Source of the DNA: a virus
Reading direction: 5' to 3' (one strand)
IMG/VR virus record: IMGVR_UViG_3300037501_000212
Length of the DNA stretch: 64,000 nucleotides
Shown: positions 55,501 to 62,567 of the stretch, piece after piece
Numbering within the stretch: the first letter of the stretch is position 1
How the letters are laid out: the number at the start of each line of letters is the position of its first letter
Program-made: the position numbers and the translations under genes
Notes under the pieces: generated by a model
What the model saw: the letters and a program-made list of their open reading frames with translations, nothing else
Told to the model about the DNA's origin: nothing
Databases searched by the model: none

Positions 55501-55930
55501 ATCCAGCTCTTCAAGCAGTCGTTCTTCTTCAAGCAGCTCGAGTCGTAGCTCTTCAAGTAGCTCTTCTAACAGCAGTTCTTCAAGCTCGAGCAGGTCCAGT
55601 TCCAGTTCCAGCTCCAGATCAAGCTCGAGCAGCAGCTTGTCATCTTCTTCATCAAGCAGCAGTCGAAGTCGCTCGCTCAGCAGCTCTTCATCCAATTCTT
55701 CGTCCAGCTCTTCTTCAAGCAGATATGGAACACCAGAGCTGGTTGAGCCAAGATGGAAGTTCAAGGCATACAAATATCGCTCAGAGTTCATGCTGCAACC
55801 AATGCAGCTTCGCATAGAACTAAAGGCTTGCATTGGCAAGCCCAAATTTGTGAACAGAGTATTGACATTGAGAACTAACCTTATAGCCCAGCAAGCCAGG
55901 CCAACCTTTGTGGCAAGGCTGGGAAGATGA
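52568..55930 (+). CDS. giant fibre-like protein: two glycine-rich modules, a (SSSSC)n linker, a ~523-codon poly-Ser tract and a basic C-terminal domain
   Basis: 1120 aa. Modules begin YTNAGNVTWTVPSGVTNVLVRAWGGGGGGGGG and YTPGNYTWTVPAGVTGVRIRAWGPGGGGGG. Ser tracts at 53267-53437 and 54152-55720 are in frame with both modules. Confidence 0.7.
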   Translation: MPWGNNIYTNAGNVTWTVPSGVTNVLVRAWGGGGGGGGGNATHGGGGGGGGGFAQFNAMAVTPGQNHVLTVGNGGNGGAANANGTAGGNTIIRWSNNANAMIAARGSAGQRGANGAGGAGGTVATSTGNLEYAGGNGAAKATVNPGSGGGGAGSGGNGSAGSNGANAAGGAGGAANNNAVIPSVAGGAGGNAVLNGNGGNALGPGGGGAGGGATNKVGGRGGVGRIEIYWSIASSSSSCSSSSCSSSSCSSSSCSSSCSSSSSGTLSSSSSCSSSSCSSSSCSSSSSSSSKPPSPYGWQTVVYTPGNYTWTVPAGVTGVRIRAWGPGGGGGGYNGNAATPGGGGGGGGFAQANNFAVTAGQNHNIVVSPGVAGGAANSDPSYANNTTFYHTNNAIVIQATCGNRGRVTGAGGGFGNGTITAWTNVYKMGGNGANNNTATYSGAGGGGAGTTGNGSPGNNNGSGAGGGAGGLGDNGSTDVANGAGGNGGNAASAGFFVGGGGGGGNSLFRAGGNSADGKLELYFSVPSVSSSSSSSSSNSSSSSSSSSSSSSPAAVSSSSSCSSSSSSSSSNSSSSSSSSSSSSSSSSSSSRSSSSSSSSSSNSSSSSSSSSSRSSSSSSSSRSSSSSSSSSSRSSSSSSSSSSSSSSSSSRSSSSSSSSSSRSSSSSSSSSSNSSSSSSSSSSRSSSSSSSSSSSRSSSSSSSSSSRSSSSSSSSSSRSSSSSSSSSSSRSSSSSSSSSSRSSSSSSSSSSSSSSSRSSSSSSSSSSSRSSSSSSSSSSRSSSSSSSSSSSSSSSRSSSSSSSSSSRSSSSSSSSSSRSSSSSSSSRSSSSSSRSSSSSSSSSIQSSSSSSRSSSSSSSSSRSSSSSSSSSSRSSSSSSSSSSRSSSSSSSSSSRSSSSSSSSSSKSSSSSSSSRSSSSSSSSSKQSSSSSSRSSSSSSSSSRSSSSSSSSSSRSSSSSSSSSSRSSSSSSSSSSRSSSSSSSSRSSSSSSSRSSSSSSSNSSSSSSSRSSSSSSSRSSSSSSLSSSSSSSSRSRSLSSSSSNSSSSSSSSRYGTPELVEPRWKFKAYKYRSEFMLQPMQLRIELKACIGKPKFVNRVLTLRTNLIAQQARPTFVARLGR
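54152..55720 (+). repeat. 1.57-kb degenerate tandem Ser-coding repeat
   Basis: Blocks of about 10-11 codons of S9-10 followed by R, N or K. The core AGATCAAGCTCGAGCTCC, or a near-identical variant, recurs at about 54338, 54431, 54518, 54788, 55151, 55250 and 55460. Confidence 0.9.
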
Positions 55931-56255
55931 TGGAGGTGCCTCTGTGGAATCATTCAAAATCATCCAGCCAGTCCATCCAAGTGAAGAAGGCTTTGTGGAA
56001 ATTGACATCAGTGTTTGGCTTGGCACTGATACGATCAAGAGTGTTGCCTACACAGCCACTGATGCAAAAACAGGAGAGGATGCAACATCTGCTGTGCTTG
56101 ACACAGGACTTTGCACCTTTTCTGGAAAGATCATCAAACCTTATATCAAGGGTGGCACAAACAAGAAAAGCTACAAGGTGCTTTCTCTTGTCACTTGCAA
56201 CGAGGTAACAGATGTTGGTGCGTTTGTTGTCGAGTTCGACACCAAGTCGCAGTAG
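55908..56255 (+). CDS. hypothetical virion-associated protein
   Basis: 115-aa ORF overlapping the end of the fibre gene, with beta-rich composition. Start uncertain. Confidence 0.4.
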   Translation: MWQGWEDDGGASVESFKIIQPVHPSEEGFVEIDISVWLGTDTIKSVAYTATDAKTGEDATSAVLDTGLCTFSGKIIKPYIKGGTNKKSYKVLSLVTCNEVTDVGAFVVEFDTKSQ

Positions 56256-56261
56256 GAGGTT

Positions 56262-56744
56262 GTGATGGATGAACGACAAGAGCATTCTCCAGTGTCGAAG
56301 TATCAGAGCCTTAAGGAATACTGGTCTGACCCAATAAGGAACAGAAGAGTAAAGGCTGGTGGAAGAAGGGAGGCAGATTTTGCTGTGTGTGCATTCCATG
56401 AGTCTAAGGAAGAACAAGATCGCAAGAGCGCTGAGCATATCTGTGGAAGATTAAAGACACTCAAGTCTGACATAGAAAAGGATCTGAGCCAATTGAAGAT
56501 GGAGCATGAAAGTGACAAAGCAGCAATGGAAGGTCGGATATCATCATTGGATTCTCGCAGCATAGGCAAATGGCCATTTGGTATATTTGTTATTCTGTTT
56601 GGGCTGATTGTTGGACTGATAAGTTTAAACAACAACTCAATGCTGAAGCGGATTCTTGATGACATAGATAATCTGAAGGAAAAAGTTGTAGTGATAAGCA
56701 CTGTCATCAACCGAGAAGGCAAAGATGCTATCAGCCCAAAGTGA
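56262..56744 (+). CDS. membrane protein (one TM segment, coiled-coil N-terminal part), lysis-module candidate
   Basis: The hydrophobic segment WPFGIFVILFGLIVGLISL is flanked by charged regions. Confidence 0.45.
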   Translation: MMDERQEHSPVSKYQSLKEYWSDPIRNRRVKAGGRREADFAVCAFHESKEEQDRKSAEHICGRLKTLKSDIEKDLSQLKMEHESDKAAMEGRISSLDSRSIGKWPFGIFVILFGLIVGLISLNNNSMLKRILDDIDNLKEKVVVISTVINREGKDAISPK

Positions 56745-56917
56745 TACGATTGCCTCAGCAGCAAGGCGACGTCCCTCTCTCCTCCGTCGCTTGTTGGCAG
56801 TATCTCCCCCTCTGCTGGCGCTGCTGCTGAGGAGGCACTCCGTCTGGTTGTGTGCGGGACAGCTGGACGGAGTGCCACTTACCAATTCCAATCCCGCAAA
56901 TTACAAGAGGAGGTTTT

Positions 56918-57403
56918 ATGAGCATGATTTACAAGTTGTTTCTGGTGGTGGCAATTGGCATGGCGTGCGTGGCAGCTTCCTGTCCTGTGAAGCCTGTCTC
57001 TGTCTGCCAGGACGTTCCTGGAGAAAGCTATCTCGAAAAGTGGATCCCAGATCTGAAGCTGGCAGGCACTTTGTTCAAGCTTGGCGTGCTTGAGATTGGT
57101 CGTCTGGAAGAAGTCAAGCAAAAGGATATTGCAAAGGTGCTTGATGAAGCAGAGGCTTTTCTGAATGCAGCTCCAACTTATGATGGGTTCTACATGTATC
57201 TGCTGCCAAAGTTCCAGTGGGTCAGGGACAACATGGGTGGAGAGGTTGTAATTATTGGAGACTACTTCACTGACTTCCAAGGAGTTGCAACTCCTATCTT
57301 TCCAAGGGACATCTGCTATTTGAAGTATCACATCAATGACCAGCGCAAGAATGTGCTGCCTTGGATCAGAGGGATGAAGGCTTCTCCACCGAAAGGAAAG
57401 TGA
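56918..57403 (+). CDS. probable lipoprotein / secreted protein
   Basis: GAGGAGG RBS. N-terminus MSMIYKLFLVVAIGMACVAASC has a lipobox-like Cys. Confidence 0.55.
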   Translation: MSMIYKLFLVVAIGMACVAASCPVKPVSVCQDVPGESYLEKWIPDLKLAGTLFKLGVLEIGRLEEVKQKDIAKVLDEAEAFLNAAPTYDGFYMYLLPKFQWVRDNMGGEVVIIGDYFTDFQGVATPIFPRDICYLKYHINDQRKNVLPWIRGMKASPPKGK

Positions 57404-57405
57404 AA

Positions 57406-57915
57406 ATGACTCCGAACGAGATTCCTACACAAATTGCTGAGCCACTGCTAAAAGGGCTTGCAGACATCATCAATCTTGTGCTGGCATTCATCATTACTAC
57501 ATTGCTGCCATATTTGTTCTTGTTGTTCCGCAATTGGTACAAGTTGAAGATTGCTGAGATGAGGACAAGAATCTCTGCAATTGAGAACGCCGATCTGCGC
57601 AATGGCATCAACGATGCTTTGACAAGACTTGACCAAACAACTGAAACAGTTGTTGCGGAAATTGAGGCAACGATAAAGAAAATTGATGCGAGGACAGCCA
57701 AGGTTGTCAATGCGGAGGAGATCAAGGTGGTGGCTCGCAACCGGATTCTTGCAAGACTTCCTCCGAATGTCCAGCGAGTTCTTTGTTCTACGTATGAGCC
57801 AAAGGATCTTGACAGGCTGGTCGATTCCAAGATCGAGAGGAAGGCTCTAGCCATGAAATTGGCTAAAAAAAGGAGCCTTAAGCAGCCGGATTGCTCCCAA
57901 AGTAGGGCGATTTAG
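57406..57915 (+). CDS. N-terminally membrane-anchored protein (holin- or i-spanin-like)
   Basis: TM segment IINLVLAFIITTLLPYLFLLF followed by a long helical charged region. It is the last gene of the plus-strand block. Confidence 0.4.
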   Translation: MTPNEIPTQIAEPLLKGLADIINLVLAFIITTLLPYLFLLFRNWYKLKIAEMRTRISAIENADLRNGINDALTRLDQTTETVVAEIEATIKKIDARTAKVVNAEEIKVVARNRILARLPPNVQRVLCSTYEPKDLDRLVDSKIERKALAMKLAKKRSLKQPDCSQSRAI

Positions 57916-57953
57916 GTGCTGTAATCGTGCTGGAGGAGCCCACTGCAATGCGA

Positions 57954-57986
57954 AGGGATCGTAGGATAGCCCAACCTACGATCCCT
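57954..57986. terminator. hairpin between convergent blocks (bidirectional terminator candidate)
   Basis: AGGGATCGTAGG-atagcccaa-CCTACGATCCCT, a perfect 12-bp stem between the plus-strand end (57915) and the minus-strand end (58015). Confidence 0.5.
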
Positions 57987-58014
57987 CCTGCCCATGTCCA
58001 ATGAAAACAGCCAC

Positions 58015-58611
58015 TTATGGTTTTTTCTCAGTCTCAATTATTTCAATAGGTTGCGGCAGTGTGCTTTCAGGTGGGTTCAGGGTGGCTGGGATGGTAAAAA
58101 GGATCTGCCTCTTGATAGCTGGAACCAAAGCGTCGTAGCTGCCTTCTATCCACCTTACTTGTCCGTCGTTTAGCCGTTTGTTCCACGACAAAAATCCTTC
58201 CAAAATCTCAGCATCCTTGTTCATGCCTTTTATCTTCTTAGGATGGGAAAGCTTGTCATTGCTTGACAGATGCAGAAGTGTTGCACCCTTTATCCACCAG
58301 TAAACGACAATTGCTTTGCACTTGGTCGGATCATCAAGCGGAATTCTTTCTTGCACTCTTGCAATCCAAGACCTGATGACAAGTGCAGACCATCTTGACC
58401 ACTTATCACTGGTTGGTGGCAAACCAAGTTTCTTGCAAAGCAGGAATTGCTTCCTTATCATATCAACTGCATCACCGAAGGCCACATTGCGAGAGAATGC
58501 ATCCTGGTTGGCAAATCGCTTCTCATCTGACTCTGGCAATGGTTCTGCTTTTGGCATCAGGCTTTCCAGAGAGCTTCTTGGTTGTGGTGGTTGGCTTGTC
58601 ATCAGTTTCAT
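58015..58611 (-). CDS. hypothetical protein
   Basis: 198-aa ORF. Start uncertain: it overlaps the upstream gene, and alternative Met codons exist at 58557 and 58461. Confidence 0.45.
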   Translation of the reverse strand: MKLMTSQPPQPRSSLESLMPKAEPLPESDEKRFANQDAFSRNVAFGDAVDMIRKQFLLCKKLGLPPTSDKWSRWSALVIRSWIARVQERIPLDDPTKCKAIVVYWWIKGATLLHLSSNDKLSHPKKIKGMNKDAEILEGFLSWNKRLNDGQVRWIEGSYDALVPAIKRQILFTIPATLNPPESTLPQPIEIIETEKKP

Positions 58612-59236
58612 GTCTTACATCTCCTACAATTTCTCGTTTGACTGCATTGGTTTTCTCGCCATCATGGCTGAACACATAGTGGCAATCAGCAATAGATGCA
58701 AGCTGGTCAGTGTGTGTGATGATTATCAGCTGCACACCAAATGTTGCTGCAAGGTTGCGCATCACAGCAATGGCCTGGTCCAGCCTTCCACTTTGGCCAA
58801 GGTTCTTGAATGGCTCGTCCAGGAAGAACACTGGCCTGCTCTTCTTGCCACCCAGCACCCATTCTGCAAGCCTGGCAACAAAGCTGATTATGTCAACAAC
58901 ACTGCCACCTTTCTCATCCTTTGGATCAAGAACCATTCCACCAGTCTTTACGACAGCTGTGCAATCCAAGCGCTGGCCACGCCTATCAAACTCTAACTCA
59001 AACTGGTGCTCACGATCAAACACAGCATTGAGTGCAGCTGTGACAGTGTTCTCGTAAGCAGCCTTCAATCGTTGCTGGGTGAGTATAGCTGCTTCTGTAA
59101 GCAGCCAGCCAACAATCTGCAGAGCTTCCAATTGCTCTTCGTAAAGTCGCTTGTTAAGTTGGGCCTCGTCAAGCAGCTGCCTTGCAGATTCGGCTTTGCC
59201 TCTCAAGTAGTTGTATTTGTCTTTTGCTTCAATCAT
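58523..59236 (-). CDS. Rad50/SbcC-like ATPase, C-terminal half
   Basis: N-terminal coiled coil, then a signature-like GGSVVDIISF, Walker B PVFFLDEPFKNL, and an H-loop LIIITHTD. It has no Walker A of its own. Confidence 0.65.
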   Translation of the reverse strand: MIEAKDKYNYLRGKAESARQLLDEAQLNKRLYEEQLEALQIVGWLLTEAAILTQQRLKAAYENTVTAALNAVFDREHQFELEFDRRGQRLDCTAVVKTGGMVLDPKDEKGGSVVDIISFVARLAEWVLGGKKSRPVFFLDEPFKNLGQSGRLDQAIAVMRNLAATFGVQLIIITHTDQLASIADCHYVFSHDGEKTNAVKREIVGDVRHETDDKPTTTTKKLSGKPDAKSRTIARVR

Positions 59237-59766
59237 ACAAATATCCTTGCCCCACCTGGGCTTCTCAAATAATCATCATCTTGCTCTTTAACAGGACATG
59301 GGTCAGGTTTTGGCTCTCTATCAACATCAGCCAGCCTGATATCCAACTCTCTGACTGTTTCTACATTGAAATGCCAAAGCTCTGTTGTTATGCCAGAATA
59401 ATATCGAAATGCTGTTTTCCTGATATCTTCATCTGGGTGTTTGTATGCGATTATTTCAAGAGCATACAAGAAGTGGGTCGCGAAATGTACCGAACAATAG
59501 TTGATCTCATTTTCTATATCTTCTGCTGTTGGCAATGCATCTTTCTTGCACATAAAAGTGTGTTTTTTATCAGCGTTGTTCAAAGTAATGGAGCGCATCC
59601 AACGACAGACTATCTTTATAGCTTTGCAGAAATGAGTGTCTGGTGCACGCAGTCCTTGGTTGACGACTGTTTGCATCTTCCAAGACAGCTTGGAAAGCCA
59701 AGCTGCTTGAACATGGTCACAACCATGAATTTCAACAGTCTCTTTCTTGCAGAATACATTTCTCAT
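59233..59766 (-). CDS. hypothetical protein
   Basis: 177-aa ORF with 4-nt overlaps on both sides. Confidence 0.5.
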   Translation of the reverse strand: MRNVFCKKETVEIHGCDHVQAAWLSKLSWKMQTVVNQGLRAPDTHFCKAIKIVCRWMRSITLNNADKKHTFMCKKDALPTAEDIENEINYCSVHFATHFLYALEIIAYKHPDEDIRKTAFRYYSGITTELWHFNVETVRELDIRLADVDREPKPDPCPVKEQDDDYLRSPGGARIFV

Positions 59767-59975
59767 TTCTTTTTTACACCTATTGTTGCTGCAAGTTTAT
59801 CTCTCTGCTTCTTGAATTCATCAGCAAGTCTTCTGTAGGCTTGCTTGAAGCCATTGCGAAGATATTCTTCATCAAACTCGTCTGCAGAAGCTTCGAGCTC
59901 CTTGAGTTCGCTTATCTTATCATCAAAGTTGGCAAGCTTTCTCTCAAGTCTGCCAGGATTTTTCTTTGCTTTCAT
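59763..59975 (-). CDS. small coiled-coil protein
   Basis: 70 aa, highly charged and helical. Confidence 0.4.
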   Translation of the reverse strand: MKAKKNPGRLERKLANFDDKISELKELEASADEFDEEYLRNGFKQAYRRLADEFKKQRDKLAATIGVKKK

Positions 59976-60238
59976 CCCATCTTTTCCATTAGCTGCAAGG
60001 CTTCCTCATTGGCAGCTTTCCTGCGCTTCTGCAGCTCGCTCAGCTCTTGTGCAATCTTCTTGAGCTCGGAATCTATTGCATCTACAGTTGGATTGCTTAT
60101 CTTTAAATCAGCTTTGACCTTCATCAGAAGACTATCAAGCTGCTCTCTGTGAACACCCAGGGTTGTTTTAAGACTGCTGGCTTTTGCCTCAAGCTTACTT
60201 AGTTCTACATTGCCTTGATGCTGGTTTTTCTTTACCAC
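59972..60238 (-). CDS. small coiled-coil protein
   Basis: 88 aa, charged and helical. Confidence 0.4.
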   Translation of the reverse strand: MVKKNQHQGNVELSKLEAKASSLKTTLGVHREQLDSLLMKVKADLKISNPTVDAIDSELKKIAQELSELQKRRKAANEEALQLMEKMG

Positions 60239-61160
60239 GTGCTACCTCCACATTTATGCCTGTGATGTCTGCAAGCAGCTGCATCACGGTGGTGTTGGTC
60301 TTGCCTGTGTTTTTTAAAACAACCTCTGCAAGTATATCAGCAAATCTTACATCTGTTCCAGTCTTGCCAGGCTTTGAGGATTGCAACTGATTTATCAGCT
60401 GGTCGTATGCTCTTTCTTTTTCGATGTGCTCACGGCTGATTATCTTGTCTGCTGGCTCGTGTGGTATTTCCACCTTGACTGGGACGAGATCTTTGCCAAC
60501 TATGTAAAAGTGTGGCTTATGCTCGCCTTCGTCTGACTTCCTTCTAAGCAATGGCCCAGTGTTGATGATGAATCTTTTTCCAATTTTCTCATAGAATGCT
60601 CTGTGTATGTCTCCACATATTACACCATCGAAGCTTCTTGCAGCTTGCCAAAGAAAGTCGTTGGCATTGTAATAGCTCTGGCCAACCCAAAGCTCTCTGT
60701 CTGAAATTGGTGCATGTATAACAAGCAGGTTGCCCTTTCTCTTTGTGTCTGGTTTTGGAAGCTCTTGGCCATAGCTTGCTCCATGCAACCTGATTCCAGC
60801 TGAAACTTCTACTGGATCACTGCCAAGAACTGTAAGCAAACCAGCTGCCTCCATTGCGCCAATGATTGTCTTCTTCCTGCCAACAACAGAGTACATGTAT
60901 GTGTCGTGCTGTCCGAATACGACCATTGTCATTATTGTCTGGCTGTACTTCCTCAAGAAAGCAGCCAGCTCTGGCAGCAACGACCAGCTGCAGGCAATGT
61001 CTACAAGATCACCAGCAAGCACAACAGCTTTGCAGCCAGCTGCAAATGCTTTTGTGTAAACCCAGTTTAGCTTATTCCATTGGGTGACTCTAAGATCATC
61101 CTTTCGACAAATTGGGTTGTGGCTGCTGAGATGCACATCGGAAAGCATTGCAATAGTCAT
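60195..61160 (-). CDS. calcineurin-like metallophosphoesterase (SbcD/Mre11-like nuclease)
   Basis: Motifs in order: MLSDVHL, LAGDLVD, VFGQHD, VIHAP, CGDIHR. Confidence 0.8.
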   Translation of the reverse strand: MTIAMLSDVHLSSHNPICRKDDLRVTQWNKLNWVYTKAFAAGCKAVVLAGDLVDIACSWSLLPELAAFLRKYSQTIMTMVVFGQHDTYMYSVVGRKKTIIGAMEAAGLLTVLGSDPVEVSAGIRLHGASYGQELPKPDTKRKGNLLVIHAPISDRELWVGQSYYNANDFLWQAARSFDGVICGDIHRAFYEKIGKRFIINTGPLLRRKSDEGEHKPHFYIVGKDLVPVKVEIPHEPADKIISREHIEKERAYDQLINQLQSSKPGKTGTDVRFADILAEVVLKNTGKTNTTVMQLLADITGINVEVARGKEKPASRQCRTK

Positions 61161-61163
61161 GTA

Positions 61164-62150
61164 TCACCCATTTATCATTTTGTCTGTTATCCTTGAGATT
61201 GCTTCTTTGTCAATCTTGCTGTAACAGCGATCGCATATTCCAGCTTTGGCCAAAGCTTCCACATATTCCAGCACAGCAGCATCCTTTGCTGCTGCCATTG
61301 CTTCAACCTCTGCAATCTTTTCCTTGGCACCTTCAAGAAGCACAGATTTGGTACTAAGCTCCAGCATTCGGTTGTGGATTGCTCTGATTTCTGCAACCAG
61401 CTCCAGTGCTCTTGTGCAATCTTCTTCTGAAGCTGTGACTGCTTCTATCTTAGATCTGGCTTCGACTATGTCGGAATAAAGCTGGCGCAATCGGTTGAAC
61501 TTTGTTGATAGGCTTGCGATCTTCTTGTCTGCTGCATCAATTTCCTTTACAAGCATTTCTACTGCTGGCAACTTCTCATACTTGCTTATTTGTGTGGATG
61601 CTTCTGCAATCTGTGCTTGGCTGCTTCGTATTGATGAGTTGGCAACCTTTATTCCGTTGCTGACAGCAGCTTGCCAACCATCAAACTTTTCCATGCCACT
61701 AAGCTTGTTGAACACATTGGCTAGCTCTCCACTTGTCAGCCATATCAAGTATGGCTCATCAAATTGTTCTTGTATGTTGATCTCATCAAGCCTAAGAGCT
61801 TCTCTGACTGGCTGCGGAACATCATTGCCAACCTTGGTAAAGTCTGATGCTTTGCCTTGGTGCACCATTCCATACCAGTTTTCCTTGCCTTTGCTATGGG
61901 CGATGGAAGTCCCATCAGCGAATTGCAGTGCGACAACAGTTTCCTTGCTGCTGTCCTTGTTGTGTCTGAACCTGTCACCAACAGGCCTGTTTGTCCTGCA
62001 CCAATTGACTGCTCTGAGCAAAGCAGTCTTGCCAGAATCTTCAAGTCCAGTGATGATGTTGATTCCAGGATCCAGCTCGAGCTTTGTGCACAGATGGCTT
62101 TGGAACCCAACTACCTCAATCATCTTTAGGTGCTGCTGCGTAGTGCTCAT
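61164..62150 (-). CDS. Rad50/SbcC-like ATPase, N-terminal half
   Basis: IEVVGFQSH...INIITGLEDSGKTALLRA (Walker A), then a long coiled coil ending near CDRC (a possible zinc-hook CxxC). Confidence 0.7.
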   Translation of the reverse strand: MSTTQQHLKMIEVVGFQSHLCTKLELDPGINIITGLEDSGKTALLRAVNWCRTNRPVGDRFRHNKDSSKETVVALQFADGTSIAHSKGKENWYGMVHQGKASDFTKVGNDVPQPVREALRLDEINIQEQFDEPYLIWLTSGELANVFNKLSGMEKFDGWQAAVSNGIKVANSSIRSSQAQIAEASTQISKYEKLPAVEMLVKEIDAADKKIASLSTKFNRLRQLYSDIVEARSKIEAVTASEEDCTRALELVAEIRAIHNRMLELSTKSVLLEGAKEKIAEVEAMAAAKDAAVLEYVEALAKAGICDRCYSKIDKEAISRITDKMING

Positions 62151-62346
62151 CGTTTATCTCGCAAATTCTGTCAATTATGCGCTCAACCAGCTTTTCTACA
62201 ACAGAGTCTTGCACCAGATCGTCTGACAGCTTCCTTTCTGGTGCAACCAATATGATCTTCTTGGAATAGCTGGTGACTGTTTGTCTGTTGGCAATCAGTT
62301 CAACTGTTACATTTGCGACCAGTCTGATGAATGGCTTTGTGCTCAT
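62116..62346 (-). CDS. hypothetical protein
   Basis: 76 aa from MSTKPF, with an ATGA overlap with the upstream ORF. Confidence 0.4.
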   Translation of the reverse strand: MSTKPFIRLVANVTVELIANRQTVTSYSKKIILVAPERKLSDDLVQDSVVEKLVERIIDRICEINDEHYAAAPKDD

Positions 62347-62567
62347 AGCAGTAGCACCGGAGGTCCTGGTTCTGGCAACCTGCTGCAATCTATTAGAACA
62401 ATGAATCGACTGTGGCCTTCAACCAGCCCAGGCAATCTGTTGTTGGCTCGCATGCGGTCTACTTCTTCTGCAAGCTCAAAGTGGGTTCTCTTGGCTGTTA
62501 GATAAATTGCCTCTGTGTAATACTTCCCAGTGGTTGGCTTGAAATATGTAAGCTTGACCTTTCTCAT
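62343..62567 (-). CDS. hypothetical protein
   Basis: 74-aa ORF in the operon. Confidence 0.4.
   Translation of the reverse strand: MRKVKLTYFKPTTGKYYTEAIYLTAKRTHFELAEEVDRMRANNRLPGLVEGHSRFIVLIDCSRLPEPGPPVLLL

Noticed and set aside
54152-55720. Possibility that the repeat array is a CRISPR array or another spacer-repeat locus
   Set aside because: There is no alternation of conserved repeats with unique spacers. The whole tract is a single open reading frame of one amino acid type, and no cas genes are present.
53842-55953. 703-aa minus-strand ORF rich in Leu/Glu/Asp (LEELLEELDEE...), plus other minus-strand ORFs at 54150-55556
   Set aside because: These are the reverse complement of the Ser-coding repeat. 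The plus-strand frame is continuous with two recognisable Gly-rich modules. Poly-Ser is also found in frame on other recognisable plus-strand structural proteins. These are therefore shadow ORFs created by stop-free low-complexity DNA.
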